A DNA stretch of 63,837 nt, the filler included, from Atractiella rhizophila (lineage: Eukaryota): assembly GCA_021432655.1 (NCBI GenBank). It is 4 parts of 4 records of this genome, joined end to end, with 100 filler letters (N's around TTAATTAATTAA, not from the genome) between each part and the next. Parts side by side here need not be neighbours in the genome. Positions count along the whole stretch, not along the records: positions 32,303 to 48,267 come from MU271917.1; positions 48,368 to 63,837 come from MU271931.1; 2 more parts are not named here. The stretch is one strand, 5' to 3'. A program made the position numbers and the translations under genes. The number at the start of each line of letters is the position of its first letter. Within the stretch, counting starts at the first letter, position 1. The notes under the pieces are model-generated. The model saw only the letters and a program-made list of their open reading frames with translations. It was not told the origin of the DNA and did no database searches. Shown piece after piece: positions 36,217 to 48,729 of the stretch.

Positions 36217-38124
36217 TTAGTCGTCCTTCTGCATGTAAGCCTCATGCAGCTGGTTAGCGACATAAGTGCCAAAAGTCGAATCCTCCGTCGCTGCCCAACA
36301 CATCGTCAACAGTCCTCGCCATGCAGTAGGGAGAAGAGTGGGAGGACGAACGGATAACGATCCGAGCTCTCGCAGCCACCATACCATCCAGGATAGGCAA
36401 CATGAGCCCACCCAGCTTCTCGCCAGAGTCTTGGAGATTCCTCCACTCCATCGCGTTCCTTACCCCAGCCGCTAGATCTTCATCTCCTTCCAAGAAGTCC
36501 CTATGTTGACACAGTCAATGTATGTTGTGCAAAGGAAGGATAAAGACGGACGAGAGGGTGTGTAGACATGGAAAGGCGGCGTAGAACCTGTTCAGGTGCA
36601 CGTCTGTTGAGGGAGAATGAGAGTCAGTGGCGAGGTAGAAAGGCGCATTGAAAGGTGATAGTAGGGGATTGTCGTGGAGTGAAGTGTGGCAGGACAATCC
36701 GTTTTCAAATGGGTCTGTGTCTTGAGGAAGGGGGAGCGGCAGTGGTGACCGAGTCGAGAGCTCGTCTCCTGCTTGTTTCGAAGACAGTTGTAAAGCTGAA
36801 TCGATAAATGACCACCCTCCTTCCCGCCGGATAAACTCCTCCCAATCCCGCTTCCCTTTAGAGATCGAAGCTCTCTTCCTCTTCTCGTCCACCAGACTCT
36901 TCCTCCTTTGCTCCTCCTTCACCTTTAACAGTTCTAGGACATCCTTGAACCGTTCATCCCTCAACCCCTCCTCCCAGTGTTCATCCACCATGGCTCTCAC
37001 GATCCCCTCAAACAATCTCTGCTGCAGCTCTTCCGCCTTTTTCTTAAACACTCCATCTCCAACTCGAGCCAAAACGCTCGCGTAAGCCGCCTTCCCGCCC
37101 AACTTCTCCCCCATCTCGCGCGCCGTATGAAGTAACATGGGATGGTCGAAGATCAGACGCTTGGCCATGTAATGGTGAGGCTTTCCCTTAATCACCACTC
37201 TGTCGCTACCGAAGAGGGAGCCAAAGAGGATTAAGCGTTCGGGGACGGTGGAGAGAGTGGGGAGGGAGACGGCACGGTTGAATTTGTACCATTCTTCGGC
37301 TGTTACATTGGAGATGAGAGGCGAGGAAGGGGGGAGACGATCGGTGTAGAGGAGGTCGTAGCGCTCGCCAGTCTCCGTGATTCTGAGCTAATCCCTCATC
37401 TTCATTGAACGTTCGCTCAAGGAGATGTTGGAAAGGTATAACTCACTATGTCAGCTTCGGAAAGACCCCCAGCATCGATCAGAGCCCCTTGTTCCATCAT
37501 CCCCGTCACTTCTCCAGTCCCATCACCCCACCACCTGTTCGCCAAAGAGATCCCCTCCTGCACCTCGACCGTCCTAAGATCGAACACAAAGTCCCAACTG
37601 ACAAAGCTTCGTCCTGTCAACTCCTCTTCCTCCTTCATTTGAGTCTTGCCGCCTCCCCGTCGCTTGACGAACGGTGCCCTCCCCTTAGTTCCCTCTTCCC
37701 ACAACGCTGAGAGCATTTCGTACGTGTGCATTCCAGGTGATCCAGCGCCTGTCCATATCGGAGGGACGAGGACGGTGCGATTAAGGTACTGTCCGAGTAA
37801 GAGGGCATTTTGGAGCGCTATGCGCTGGTTGTGAAACCCGCTATGAGGGAGGTAAGCGAGGTATTTCCTGTCTTCTTCTAGCTGACGGGGTACTGGTAAT
37901 GTCGACAGGGGGTCCTTCGACGACGGTCGTATGCGAGAGGTGCCAGTGGCATAGTTGGCGTTGTCTGAAATGACCTCGATGGTGGGTAGTGAAGGATGTG
38001 TGAGCACGTAGAAGGAGATGGTGATGAAGGCGAGTGGAGCAGCGTAGAGCAGAATGGAAGTGAGCACACCGGGTCGCTCTGCCGTTTTGGAAGCTGATGC
38101 CCAGCGAGGAGGATACGATGACAT
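36217..38124 (-). CDS. GDP-fucose O-fucosyltransferase-like (GT-B) type II membrane protein
   Basis: N-terminal TM; YLAYLPHSGFHNQRIALQNALLL...NRTVLVPP; ARVGDG; FYLATD; LDGMVAA...STFGTYV. Confidence 0.8.
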
Positions 38125-38466
38125 CGCCTGATGCCCACAGTCAATCTGAAACGAGTATTAGGCCTTCAATCCTGCTGCTCAATGATCCAATGATCCAGTT
38201 GTTGATGGTGTACTTTCAACGAGTACGTACAGCACTCAGAGATTCTCAACACGGCAGTGTCACAAATGCAGCTAGGCTCACTGTATTCATCAGATTTAGA
38301 CGAAATGAATCCTGTTTGGTTCCTCCATGTTCTTACATGGAATTGCAATATCATGCACTTTCTCAGACGCGAGCTGAAACCACACCATCTTTGGCAAAAA
38401 TGGCGGACATAATCTTTTATGCAGACAGAACACAAACCCCTGCGGGGCGGAACTTTTCGAAAAGCC

Positions 38467-38757
38467 TCTTCCTTACCTCTAAAAGCCATCCGTTCTTGGC
38501 ATGAGTCATAAAACGCACTTTTGAGTGTTCATACCTCCCTCAGCAGGCACATTGAAACGAAATGAATTACACCATCTTACTGCATATGCTTGCGCCTTTC
38601 TGAAGCCACGAGGAAATTTTGTTCTGAAGGGGGTAAAAAATTCGTTTCATACTGGACTCGAACCCACACAACAGTCACAGTAGGGTTCAAGGGGCCATGC
38701 CCCTTGCCAGTGGGTTGGGGGGCCCTGAGGGATGAAGCCCTGCCTCTGACACACTTG
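38467..38757 (+). mobile_element. Short non-autonomous Helitron related to 19231..27708
   Basis: The first ~190 bp align with 19231-19428. The 3' end has hairpins (CAAGGGG-ccatg-CCCCTTG; AGGG-atgaag-CCCT) and the same CTGACACACTTG terminus as 27697-27708. Confidence 0.75.
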
Positions 38758-38917
38758 ATCCTCTTATCCCAACAGTGTATCAGGTATCCGAAAATCATAG
38801 AAAGTATTCAGCGATGCTGGAGCTGGAAGTTGAGAATGAAATTGAACACAAAGGGAATTTGGTCCTTGGGTGCTTACCATTTTTCAAGGCATGCTTTTCG
38901 TTGGAAAAACAGTACTT

Positions 38918-39172
38918 TAGGGTTCAACCCTGCCTCTGTCAGCAACAGGATCCTGGCTGAATTCTTGCCTCCTAGCCGCCCAGGGTACAACCCTGCTGCT
39001 GTCAGGATCCTGGCTGAATCCTTGCTCCTGGGTCCCCAGGGTACAACCCTGCCACTGTCAGGAACAAGATCCTGGCTGAATCCTTGCCGCTGCCCCGGGT
39101 ACAACCCTGACTCTGTCCAGAACAGGATCCTGGCAACATCCTTACCTCCTAGGCACCCAGGGCATGACCCTA
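38918..39172. repeat. Minisatellite, ~4.3 units of 56-63 bp with internal palindromes
   Basis: Units start at ~38918, 38981, 39037, 39095 and 39158; they carry CAGGGTACAACCCTG and CAGGATCCTG or close variants. Confidence 0.88.
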
Positions 39173-40439
39173 CTTCCAATAAAAGCAGCATTGTGACGAA
39201 AATGTTGGCTGTCAGCCAACCAGAGTAGAACCTTGCCATAGATAAGAACTCGAATACAGTTAAAATGTCATGTACTCATAAACACTGGTAGGCACAGGCA
39301 ATGTCCTCTCTAAGACACATCTCAAATCACTTATCCGTTGAAATCCATGTGTATTAGACTACCCTGGTTCATATTCAGTATATATTGGCAAGTAAATAGG
39401 GTACATTCAAAGTTGCAAAAATTAATTTATGACAGTTGAGGTATGTGGCATCTAGAACATTTTATCATATGAAGCGTATAAAGTTGGAGAATCTCTGTAG
39501 TGGTCATATATCATTCATACATAAATTGCATATATAAATGAACATTGTCTCCACATTCTCATTAGCTACTTTTGGTGAAAACCTACTGGGGAAGTTTTGA
39601 ACGAAATTGCACTTTCCACACCCCTCTGTACCTGTGTCGATAACCTATTGGCTGGGACATTTTGAAGGAAATTGCACTTTCTTCACCATTTACCCTCTTT
39701 TCTGCAATGTTTCTGATGCCCCTCTATATACTCTATATGTCGTCGATGCACGACATTCTTCGCCATCATCCCAAATCCCTTTCCATCACAAAGCACCTGC
39801 TTGCCTTTCTGATGTTTGGTCCAATAGCTCATCCCTGAGTACTTACCATACATCTGGCTTACCACCTTTGTATCTGTTTGTTGTCATCCTACATGACCAC
39901 ATCTGTGGTAACAGGACACATTGTATCGAATAGATTGATCACTCTTCGAACCGATCATCCCACATGGCTTGCATTGTAACCTTGATACACAAAAGTTATA
40001 ATAGACCCCTCGCCTACACTTGTTCCCCAGACAGATTGTCACCCAAAGCATTGATCCAGAACATATCAAACACCCAAGCGTTAAACCCCCTATTAACATA
40101 TCAAATCTACAAACAATCGTAATGGCTTTTGTTACAGCTGCGTTTCCTTCTCACTCTGTTTCATTTGGACCCGGATTGGCTTTCAGTCCCCAATTGGCTC
40201 ACAAGATCAACTTCTGCCTCAAGGCAGATGTGGTGAGACCTGCCATTATCAAGTTTGCAGCCATCCACGTGAACTCAAAAGTAGAACTCCTAGCCCTCTA
40301 ATGCCCCAGTGATCAGCATGCTGATTCAGATATAGGATAAGCTCAGTCTGGCCTGGCTAAGAAAAGGATGCCCCATACAAAGCCCATCTCCAAGCTTTGG
40401 GCATTCAGACCATGTGACTATGTGATCAGTACTAATCCT

Positions 40440-42300
40440 GACAATGAAGGCTGGCAACCATCATTGCACACCCACATCTACAGGCAAAGTGGGTAAGGGA
40501 GGTGAAGCTCGCAAGGCTTGCACTGAACAAGCAGCCAAGGTTCAATGCCCACCCCATGTGTCCTGCATCAGCAGGACCCACATGAAGTTGCAGAGACCAG
40601 TCGGTCTTCATCATATCAGTCTGGGTATGATGAAATCTGCAAAGCAACAAGCTAGCCCCCCAAAACACGATCATCTTCACTTAGTCCCCTCGAAGAGCTC
40701 CTCTCACGATTTACCCACAATTCTGGAAGCAACTAGCACGGTGCTGTCCGGTCCTCCAAGTTCAAAGGTAGTCACTGGAGCCAGTGGGAGAAACAAACCA
40801 CAAAAGAGTACAAAGAGAAACAGTATTTCTGTTGACCATGGAGGAAAGAGACATGGTAGGACATCTGCTAAGGTGGGACAAGGAGGACATTGAGGAATGT
40901 CAACGAAGAGGGGAAGTGGAGGGGCTGGCAGGGAGGAATTGAGCAAAGAAGTTTGGCACCTGAGAAAGAAACGTGGGATTACGGACGTTGATGTTTCAGA
41001 GGAGATAATATCAGAAAGCGAAGGGGAGAAGAGAGCGAAGGAGAAGAAAACGCCAGCCGCAAAGAAGAGAAAGACTGAAGGAAGAAGAGGGTAGGAAAGA
41101 AACTGGTTAATATGGACTGGAAAGAAGTGTTACAGTCAGCGATATTCATCTCATTGGGTTTGCTGACCATGGTGCAGTGTCATGACACCAGAGACAAGCA
41201 AGGATGAGACAATCAGGCGCCCATTCAACTTCATGTCTCCACATCTAGGGTAAGTGACACTGTCTGGATGACAGAGCTAACAGTGCTGCAGGAGGATCAG
41301 AATGGAAGATAGCAGCGTCTGTCTACACCAGTTCACAGACTTTCCCACCTTGGCCCCACTCTTCTTGTGGTGCGAATTTGGATATCAGCCATTGGCAGAG
41401 CAAGCAAAGAAACATGTGTTATCCCAGGCAACAATCAATACACTTACAAATGGAGCCGCCTTCATCGACAAGTATAAAAACACAGCGGTGGCCATCGATC
41501 ATTGAGGGTATCAGCTTGAGGACATGCCTCCTGCCCTTTACCAGGCCAGATTCAGCAAGGAAGCAGTCAAATCCATCTTCTACAAAAAAAGCAAACCAGG
41601 CTGTGTCTAAATGCTACGATTGGCACAGGAATTTGGAATGGTACCCTGGGCACACCTCCATCACTACACAGAAACCACCAAAGTAGATCAAGCGATTTAT
41701 GGGAACCCACTGCAAGATTTGTGCACATCGATAGGCTTGACCCCACCATGGCGAAGGTGAGGGCTGAAGTGAAAGTCACATTCAAGTGACTGAGAAAGAT
41801 CACAGTCAAAAGTCATGCTCAACAACTGCCAACCGAAAACAGCAGATCAGGCATGGAGCACTTGTCAAGCTGGAAGGATCGCCATCACAAAGCTCTGGTT
41901 TGGTCATGAAGGTGAGTCCTCACATCTTTAAGACAACAGGCTAATCCACTTGACAGCAGAAGATAAGGAGGTGATCTCGACAGGTACTGTGAGAGAGCAG
42001 CTCAGGCTGCTTTCACAAGAAAAGTATTTGAACCACTGGCTCTCACATTCTGTCAACAATACAACAGGGCTATGGAGAACTGGAGAGACATCACCACCAT
42101 CCTGGATAGTATGCAGCCCCAGTGCTTGTAGGCAAACTGACGATGAGGACAGAGTTTATGCCTGACTGGGACAAGCCAGATGAGGGGAAGATGTTGGATG
42201 TGGAAACCATCAAGGCAGATGGAAGGGATGCCTCGCCAAACAAGCACAGATTGACTTCATGAACAGCAAGCGATCGAACTCCTACACCTTTGCTAACATG
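40440..42300 (+). pseudogene. Decayed intron-containing coding remnant of unknown, probably transposon-associated, origin
   Basis: Fragmented Lys/Arg-rich frames, clear splice signals (GTAAGT..CTAAC..CAG; GTGAGT..CTAAT..CAG), many stops, CpG-poor. Boundaries approximate. Confidence 0.35.
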
Positions 42301-42362
42301 TCATCTCAGTATACTCCAGAAGCAGACAGACATTCCCTGGTTTCTGCTCAACAGTCTACCCC

Positions 42363-42781
42363 TGTCAGGTTTGCATCTTACGCAAATCGGCGCCCGTTCA
42401 CCGGATTGCGTCTCCTATCGCCTATTTGCGTTCCCTGCGAATCCGCACCCCGTTGCCACTCTGCGTTCGCCCGTTCGCCCATTTGCACCTACATCACCAC
42501 TTAGCCCAATTGTGCCTATACTCCTCTTATTAACTCCGCGTAATCCCACTGTCACTTCCCCTTTTAGTTCTCTTACATGTTTCATCTGCTCTCCTCTACG
42601 CTCTGTGGCAGTGTTATTCCGCTTGTATATATAGATCAGAGAGTAGTGGAGGTGACCTTAGAGTATTCTCTTAGGTTTATCTCCACTACAGGTTAGTCTT
42701 CATGTCATATCATGCACTTAGGTTTATCTCCACTACAGACGCATCGCCCATCGGCGACCACACATAGTGTCAGCCCTAACA
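42363..42781 (+). mobile_element. Solo LTR, 419 bp, unrelated in sequence to the Copia LTRs
   Basis: TGTCAGG...CCCTAACA termini; perfect 5-bp TSD ACCCC (42358-42362 / 42782-42786); TATA-like TATATATA near 42626. Confidence 0.88.
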
Positions 42782-43164
42782 ACCCCATCAAGTTTCTGAC
42801 CTTTCCTGCTTCTTTCTCGCCTTGCTTGAGCAATGAAGACGGGTGCTTTTATCACACAGCGCACTTTGCCCATCTTTAAACCGGTTTTTGTGAGATGGGA
42901 TAGATCTGTAGGGTTTGTAGCAACAGTATCGTGCTGCTCATGATTTATTGTGGCAATTGCTTGATGGTTTGTGGCAGTGGCGACTAGTCTTCTGAAGGAT
43001 TTGCGACGAAAGCATCTACATAGTTTTTGTCTATTGCCTTCACTTTTAAAGTTGATCTCAACTTTGCCATATAACGATGTAGTTTAGCCAGTCAAACTGC
43101 TCTACTTTCAAACAACCATTGGTTCCTTTAAACAAGAGCTCCATGTCCTTTTTGTCAATATATT

Positions 43165-44732
43165 TCATTCTACAAACAGAAACTGCCCCGATAATGCCCC
43201 GATGACAATCATTAGGATGACAGCATACTTGTGGTTAGCCTTGTAAAGTGCAACAAGAGTGACTAGATAGAGCACAGCCGCTGTGGCATCGTAGGACAGC
43301 ATGCGAGCGGTGTCGTCTGCCGTTGATCCTTGCCGCGGTATGGCACCAACACAGGCTTTAAGAAATTGAAGAGCAGTGATAGCTATAACCCCTACTACCG
43401 CCCCACCGATCCCGTCAAAGAAAGCGGATAAAAACTGTCAATCTGTAAGCATGGGCTACACAGGTTGCGGATAAATGGTTACCTTGTTGCGACATAGTCT
43501 TTCGAGCAAATCATGACCCGCTATGGTAAAGAGAAAACATGGGAAGAACATGCCAAGGGTGATGACAGTTGCACCTGAAAAGCCGTATCCAACACCTCGC
43601 AGCGTTTTTCCACCTTGAAATCCGACAAATGTCGCAAAAATGACCAAAGGGGCAGGAATGATATTTCCAATTGCAATACCATCGAGGAAGACGCTCTGGG
43701 GTAGCCATGCACCACGGAGGACAGCTTCGGCTTGAATAAACGGAATAGCAGTGTATGCACCTCCAAATGACAAGCTTCCGGCAATAAGCCCAAGAGCGAA
43801 AAGGTGGACTGTATCCGGAATTCGAGCAACGCCAACAGCGAGAGCAACAGGGGTTGGGACGCCTTTGAAAACGACATAGACGGCATAAACAACATATTGA
43901 AGAATGAACAGTCCCGCGGCCAGAACGTAATAACGGCGGGTGACAACCATATTGAAAATGCCGTAGAAAGAAAGGGAAATGAGCCTATATCGATATTGTG
44001 AGAACTTGCATCCGTAATCATACCATACACACTTACCAGTTGATGCGAAGAGCACTGTTCAATGTTGTGAAGAGTGCGTAACTCAGAAACCAAAGACTGA
44101 ATCTTCCTGATCGTTGGCTTCGGAGGGTATGCTCGGCAATCTTATGCGTCGCACGAACAATCTGAAGCAGATATCACCACAAAATAAAGACGGGACGAAT
44201 AACACACCATCGCCCCAACCATAGGTTGAAGTGCTCGGAAAGATGCAGAGACATATCTGTTACTAAAGCCACCCAAGGCGTAGAGATAGCTCGCGAGAAG
44301 CATGAGTAAGAAGCCAGGAAGGATAAATCCAACGCCAGCCGCGATGCCGCCTAGACGTCCTCCAGCTAAACAGCCAAAGAACATACACAGTTCAGCAGCC
44401 TCGGGGCCAGGGAGCATCTGATAGACGGCAAATACACGGTTGAAGCGCGCGACGCTGATCCATTTTTCCTGAATGACCAGCTGTTCCTTGATCAGGGCTA
44501 TTTGCGCGACCGGCCCCCCCCAAGCAAAGATTCCGAAGCGCGAAAAGAAGAGCCAGAAGATGCGCCAGACAGTCAGTCGAGGAACATTAGAGTTGTCATC
44601 GAGAGGGTGTGATTCTGAACGCTCTTGGCTCGTCTTGTCGTCGATAATGGCGTTTGGACTGTCAATCGCCGCTACTGACGCCTCGGCGGAGTGCTGGACC
44701 TCAGGCTGCGCTTCGACGTGCGTCAACGACAT
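43165..44732 (-). CDS. Chromate ion transporter (CHR family, two-domain)
   Basis: FGIFAWGGPVAQIALIKE, YQMLPGPEAAE, GFILPGF; second repeat GSLSFGGAYTAIPFI, GNIIPAPLVIFATFVG. Confidence 0.92.
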
Positions 44733-44935
44733 TTCTTTCCCCACTGGCTTCAACCGCACACACAAAGTTGGTACTTTATCTTCTTATATCATCTTAAGTG
44801 GATCAATGTCGCCATCAACCAATTCAGGTGACTCGGTACGGATGTCGCCACTCGACCATTTGGTCTTTGGTCTTTTTGTTCTCAGAACAGTCGGGAGCAA
44901 AGATCCGACAAGGTGCCGTAGTGTTATAAACATAA

Positions 44936-46608
44936 CTAGGGCCGCACGCTTTCCAGTTCAAGCAGAGACTGCAAGCGTTCGGTTTCTCGATCCATCTCCC
45001 CAGCGGTTGTGAGCTTTTCAGCCGTCCAAGAATGCGAAAAGTCGTAAAAGTAGCATCTCGAGTCTCCAACGTACATATTTCGCAACTCGATGTCGCCATG
45101 CAGAATTCCACATCTGTGAATTTTCTTCATCGCGGTGACGAGTTCCAACCTGTGTCCAATTCATCTCTCTCAAAATCCTGGAGGATCTCTGGACACTCAC
45201 CTCTTTTCCGGTGTCACATCTTTCGCATCGTGACATTCCGACGCTCTTTCTAGGAACTCCATAACAATTAATCCCATACCCTTTGCAAAGGTGTAAATGC
45301 CATAAATTATCGGCACGACGTCCCCATGACAACTCTCGAGAAGGCGGTAAGCTGTCGATTCACTTTGGAAACAATCATCCTTCGTCTCGTCAAAGAGCTT
45401 CACTGCCACTCGCAGGTAATTGCCATGTCCGTCGACAATGTAGCCTTCGTACACCGCTCCACCACCACCAACAGCAAGAAATGACCAAATTTCCAGCTGA
45501 GCAACGCAGCTTCCACAACTACCGCGCCTCGTCCATACATCTTTCAACTGGAAGGCGTGCTGAGGACGGCAGGATGTTGGAAATCTGACTGTGCTTAATC
45601 CGAGGCAGACGGAAGCGAAAGCTGGTTGTTTTCCGGAGCTGGGCCGTAAATTGTAACGGTTCGATGTTGACGGTTTTACTCGTGATGGAGGTTTTTCGTC
45701 CGTACATGGCAGTCGTGCAGGGACTGGTGGAACGAGGTAATTGTGGTGTCCTTGGATGCCCAGGTCATCTCCTAGGGAGAGACCGTAGAGCAGCTGGAGA
45801 AAAGGGTTGTCCACGATAGAGTAGACATCGGAGCAGGCGAGGTAGAACCGGTGTGTGGTGTCTTGGGTCGGAAGGTAGATTTTCTGCAAAAGAATCGCTT
45901 TGAGACCATCAAACAATAATCCAAACCTAGTTCTGTTGTGAATCATCTTTACTCCCAGCTAGAGAAAGGAGTGCTTTGAGAAGATGTCAATCTCTCGACA
46001 AGTTCGGCACTAACCTTGAAGATGATGGACCTTTCTTCACTCTCTCGGGAATCGCTGATCTGCAAGGCAGTTCCATTGTTATTCTCACCACGGGCAAGGT
46101 CGAGGATCCTTGGTGCATAGTGGTCGAAAACGATTGTTGAAGTGAGCTCGAGCATGCAACTTGATTCCCCTTGAAATTTCAATATTCTATCACATTGGAC
46201 GCGATGCCCACTGTCAATCTGGAGATCGACTGCTTGTGTCTTTCCTCCTCGGTAGTGACGTAGTGCCCTAACCCAAGTTGCGAAGGCCACGCCAGCCTCG
46301 ACCTTCGGCCCCAAATAGCTGTCTCGATGCAATTGAAGACAAAAATCGGATATCGTCTGAAAAGTGAGATCGACGGGTGGATTTCGGGTGGCCTCAGCAG
46401 CGAACCACTGATCGACTGCTGTGAGGATATTGGGAATAATATTCGGATGGTGGAGGATGTGGAAAGGGACTACGTTGGCATCAAGGTCGACAGTCGTGAG
46501 CGCCGCTGTTTTGATGCTGCCGCTGACAGCCTCCTTCCTGATGAATTCAGCAGTGATCCTAAATGTGTGCAAGCATTCGCTGAGGAGCGGACTGGGGATT
46601 GTGGCCAT
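44936..46608 (-). CDS. Atypical protein kinase-like protein with an uncharacterised N-terminal domain; multi-exon
   Basis: LAVGGGGAVYEG, VAVKLF, ESTAYRLL, VVPIIYG, LIVMEFL, IHRCGILHGDIELRNM, FYDFSHS. Confidence 0.82.
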
Positions 46609-47215
46609 TGTTGTAGATGGTGTCCTAGCATTCCTGATCAGCCAATAAACAAGGTAACGAAAGACGCAGCGCACGTCGCTCAGCTATGTCACCTCTAAAT
46701 TTCGCCTTCGTCAACGCCTCAAAGTTTCGTTCCTTTCCTATTTCTTATCAACTTCAAAAACAGCTTCGGAATTCGCTGGTGAAGACCCAGAGTGCTCGAA
46801 TCGCGCTTAGGGGTGTTGCTGCCTATGACAAGTTGTGCGAGAACGAAACGTTCGCTAAAAAGCCAAAAATCCCCAGGCGAATCAGACTTGAAGATAACAG
46901 GCTCCTCAGGACCGTCACTTCCACAAAGCTGATGGACTTTCGAGTTGTTTGCTCGGTTCGGGCTCTGTCTTACCTGCGGGAGACTGACACGTGGATGACC
47001 TGTTCATCGCATGACTTATTCTCATGGGATATGGGATCATACAATGCATTCCTTCATTTTGAGGGCCGAAAAAACCAAACAAAAAGCACTGAAAGGTTGA
47101 AAAATGAAGCCAAGCATACTGACAAGACGAGGATTCAAGAGAGTATAGTCGAGAGAGTACATAGCAGTAGAAGAGGAGATGAGGCAAGAAAAACAGAACA
47201 TAATAAGCATTGTTG

Positions 47216-48267
47216 TCAGTTGAAACCGCGGAATCCACCATTCACCTGAGCCTTCAGACTCTCATTCTCTTCTTTCAAGTCTTCGATAAGTTCGAGCATC
47301 CGATCCTCGTTTGCTTTGTGTAGAGCATTCTCTTCCTCCAACTTCTTCACATACGCAGCTTTGGCGGCTCGGGATTTGCGCGCGGCTAACGTCCCTATTA
47401 GCGACCAGTTTGTCAATAGAATAGAGACTAACCAAGGGTATTCTGACGCCTCTTCTCATCCACCAATTTCAGGATACCATCCCGATCGAGCTCCTCCTCT
47501 TCGGTATCCTTTATCCTTTTTGCAATAGATCTTGGTATAGTCTTCCTAGTCGTCTTAGATGAACAAGTATATTGCCTAGATTTGCATGAGCGAGAAGACA
47601 TGTGGGAACTGAAGTAAACTCACCTAGTTTCGATAGGCGCGTCCAAGTTATTGAGCGTAGTGGGAACCCTCCCCCTCTTCCTCTTCCCGACCCCCTCTCC
47701 GTCATTGGAAGTCGTATTGGATCCCGATCCAGAAGCAACAGCGGTGACAGACATGGGCATGCCATCATCGTTTGCCAACAAGTTCTCAGCCTTTTGACGT
47801 CGACTCCTTGTCTCTCTTCCTCCTAGCATTCCTTCAAGAACCGCCAACTTGGCGGACCTTGTCGAAGTGGAGGAGGAGACGAGGGAGAGCGGGTCAATTG
47901 TTGATGGAGCCCTTAAAGGGGAGGGGAGAGGCGCCATGGAAGTGAGGAGCCAGGAAGGGTCGAGTGTGCCGTCGCCGTTGGGGTCAAGGAGATCGGCATT
48001 CGTGAAGATGGGGGAATCGGTAGAATTGTTGGGAGAAGGGAAGAAAGAGGAATTCGAGTGGGAAGTCTGATTCGAGGAGGATGCAGCAGACCCGGAAGGG
48101 ATGGGAGGATAGAAGACCTCTTGGCTCTCCAGGCTCTTGAGGAACGACGGACCTTTCCCCTTATCCTTTGCCTCGATGAACCGATCCATTAAATCTTTAT
48201 TCGTCCCAAAATCTGCCGGGAGATCGTCAAAGCTGAAAGGATTTCGATGAAAAGCGGCATCCGCCAT
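47216..48267 (-). CDS. Gcn4/Cpc1-like bZIP transcription factor (possibly 5' truncated)
   Basis: Spliced basic region EKRRQNTLAARKSRAAK followed by a leucine zipper; upstream DAPIETRQYTCSSKTTRK motif. The ATG abuts the contig end. Confidence 0.8.
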
Positions 48268-48367
48268 NNNNNNNNNNNNNNNNNNNNNNNNNNNNNNNNN
48301 NNNNNNNNNNNTTAATTAATTAANNNNNNNNNNNNNNNNNNNNNNNNNNNNNNNNNNNNNNNNNNNN
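48268..48367. other. Artificial contig linker
   Basis: N44-TTAATTAATTAA-N44. Confidence 0.98.
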
Positions 48368-48462
48368 CCTAACCCTAACCCTAACCCTAACCCTAACCCT
48401 AACCCTAACCCTAACCCTAACCCTAACCCTAACCCTAACCCTAACCCTAACCCTAACCCTAA
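48368..48462 (+). repeat. Telomeric repeat (CCCTAA)n, ~16 units, at contig start
   Basis: Perfect CCCTAA array in the orientation expected at a left chromosome end. Confidence 0.96.
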
Positions 48463-48729
48463 AAATCCATCAATCTCAATCTCCCCATTCTGTTTGCTAA
48501 CTGTTCATAAAGGTGTGTCTCCCTCATCGTTTGGGACCTCGTTTGACTTTTTCCTGAACCTTCATCACAGTTTCAATCACATCAAACATGAAGTTGAGAA
48601 GATTGAGGAGGAAGCTGTCTGTCGATGTGGCGATTCAGGCACAATTCCATCTCCACCTTCCCACCTTTTGCTCTCAGTTTCTTATTTGACGTGCTTTATG
48701 GGAACTAGTCTCCTCTATTTGCTGAGACG

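Noticed and set aside
38918..39172. CRISPR-like array of palindromic repeats
   Set aside because: The linkers are homologous to each other rather than unique spacers, there are no cas genes, and the context is eukaryotic.
38590..39239. ORFs of 212 aa (+) and 121 aa (-)
   Set aside because: Open frames arise from the GC-rich minisatellite and Helitron end; no protein-like features.
42774..42781. CCCTAACA as a telomere seed
   Set aside because: It is the terminal inverted repeat of the solo LTR.
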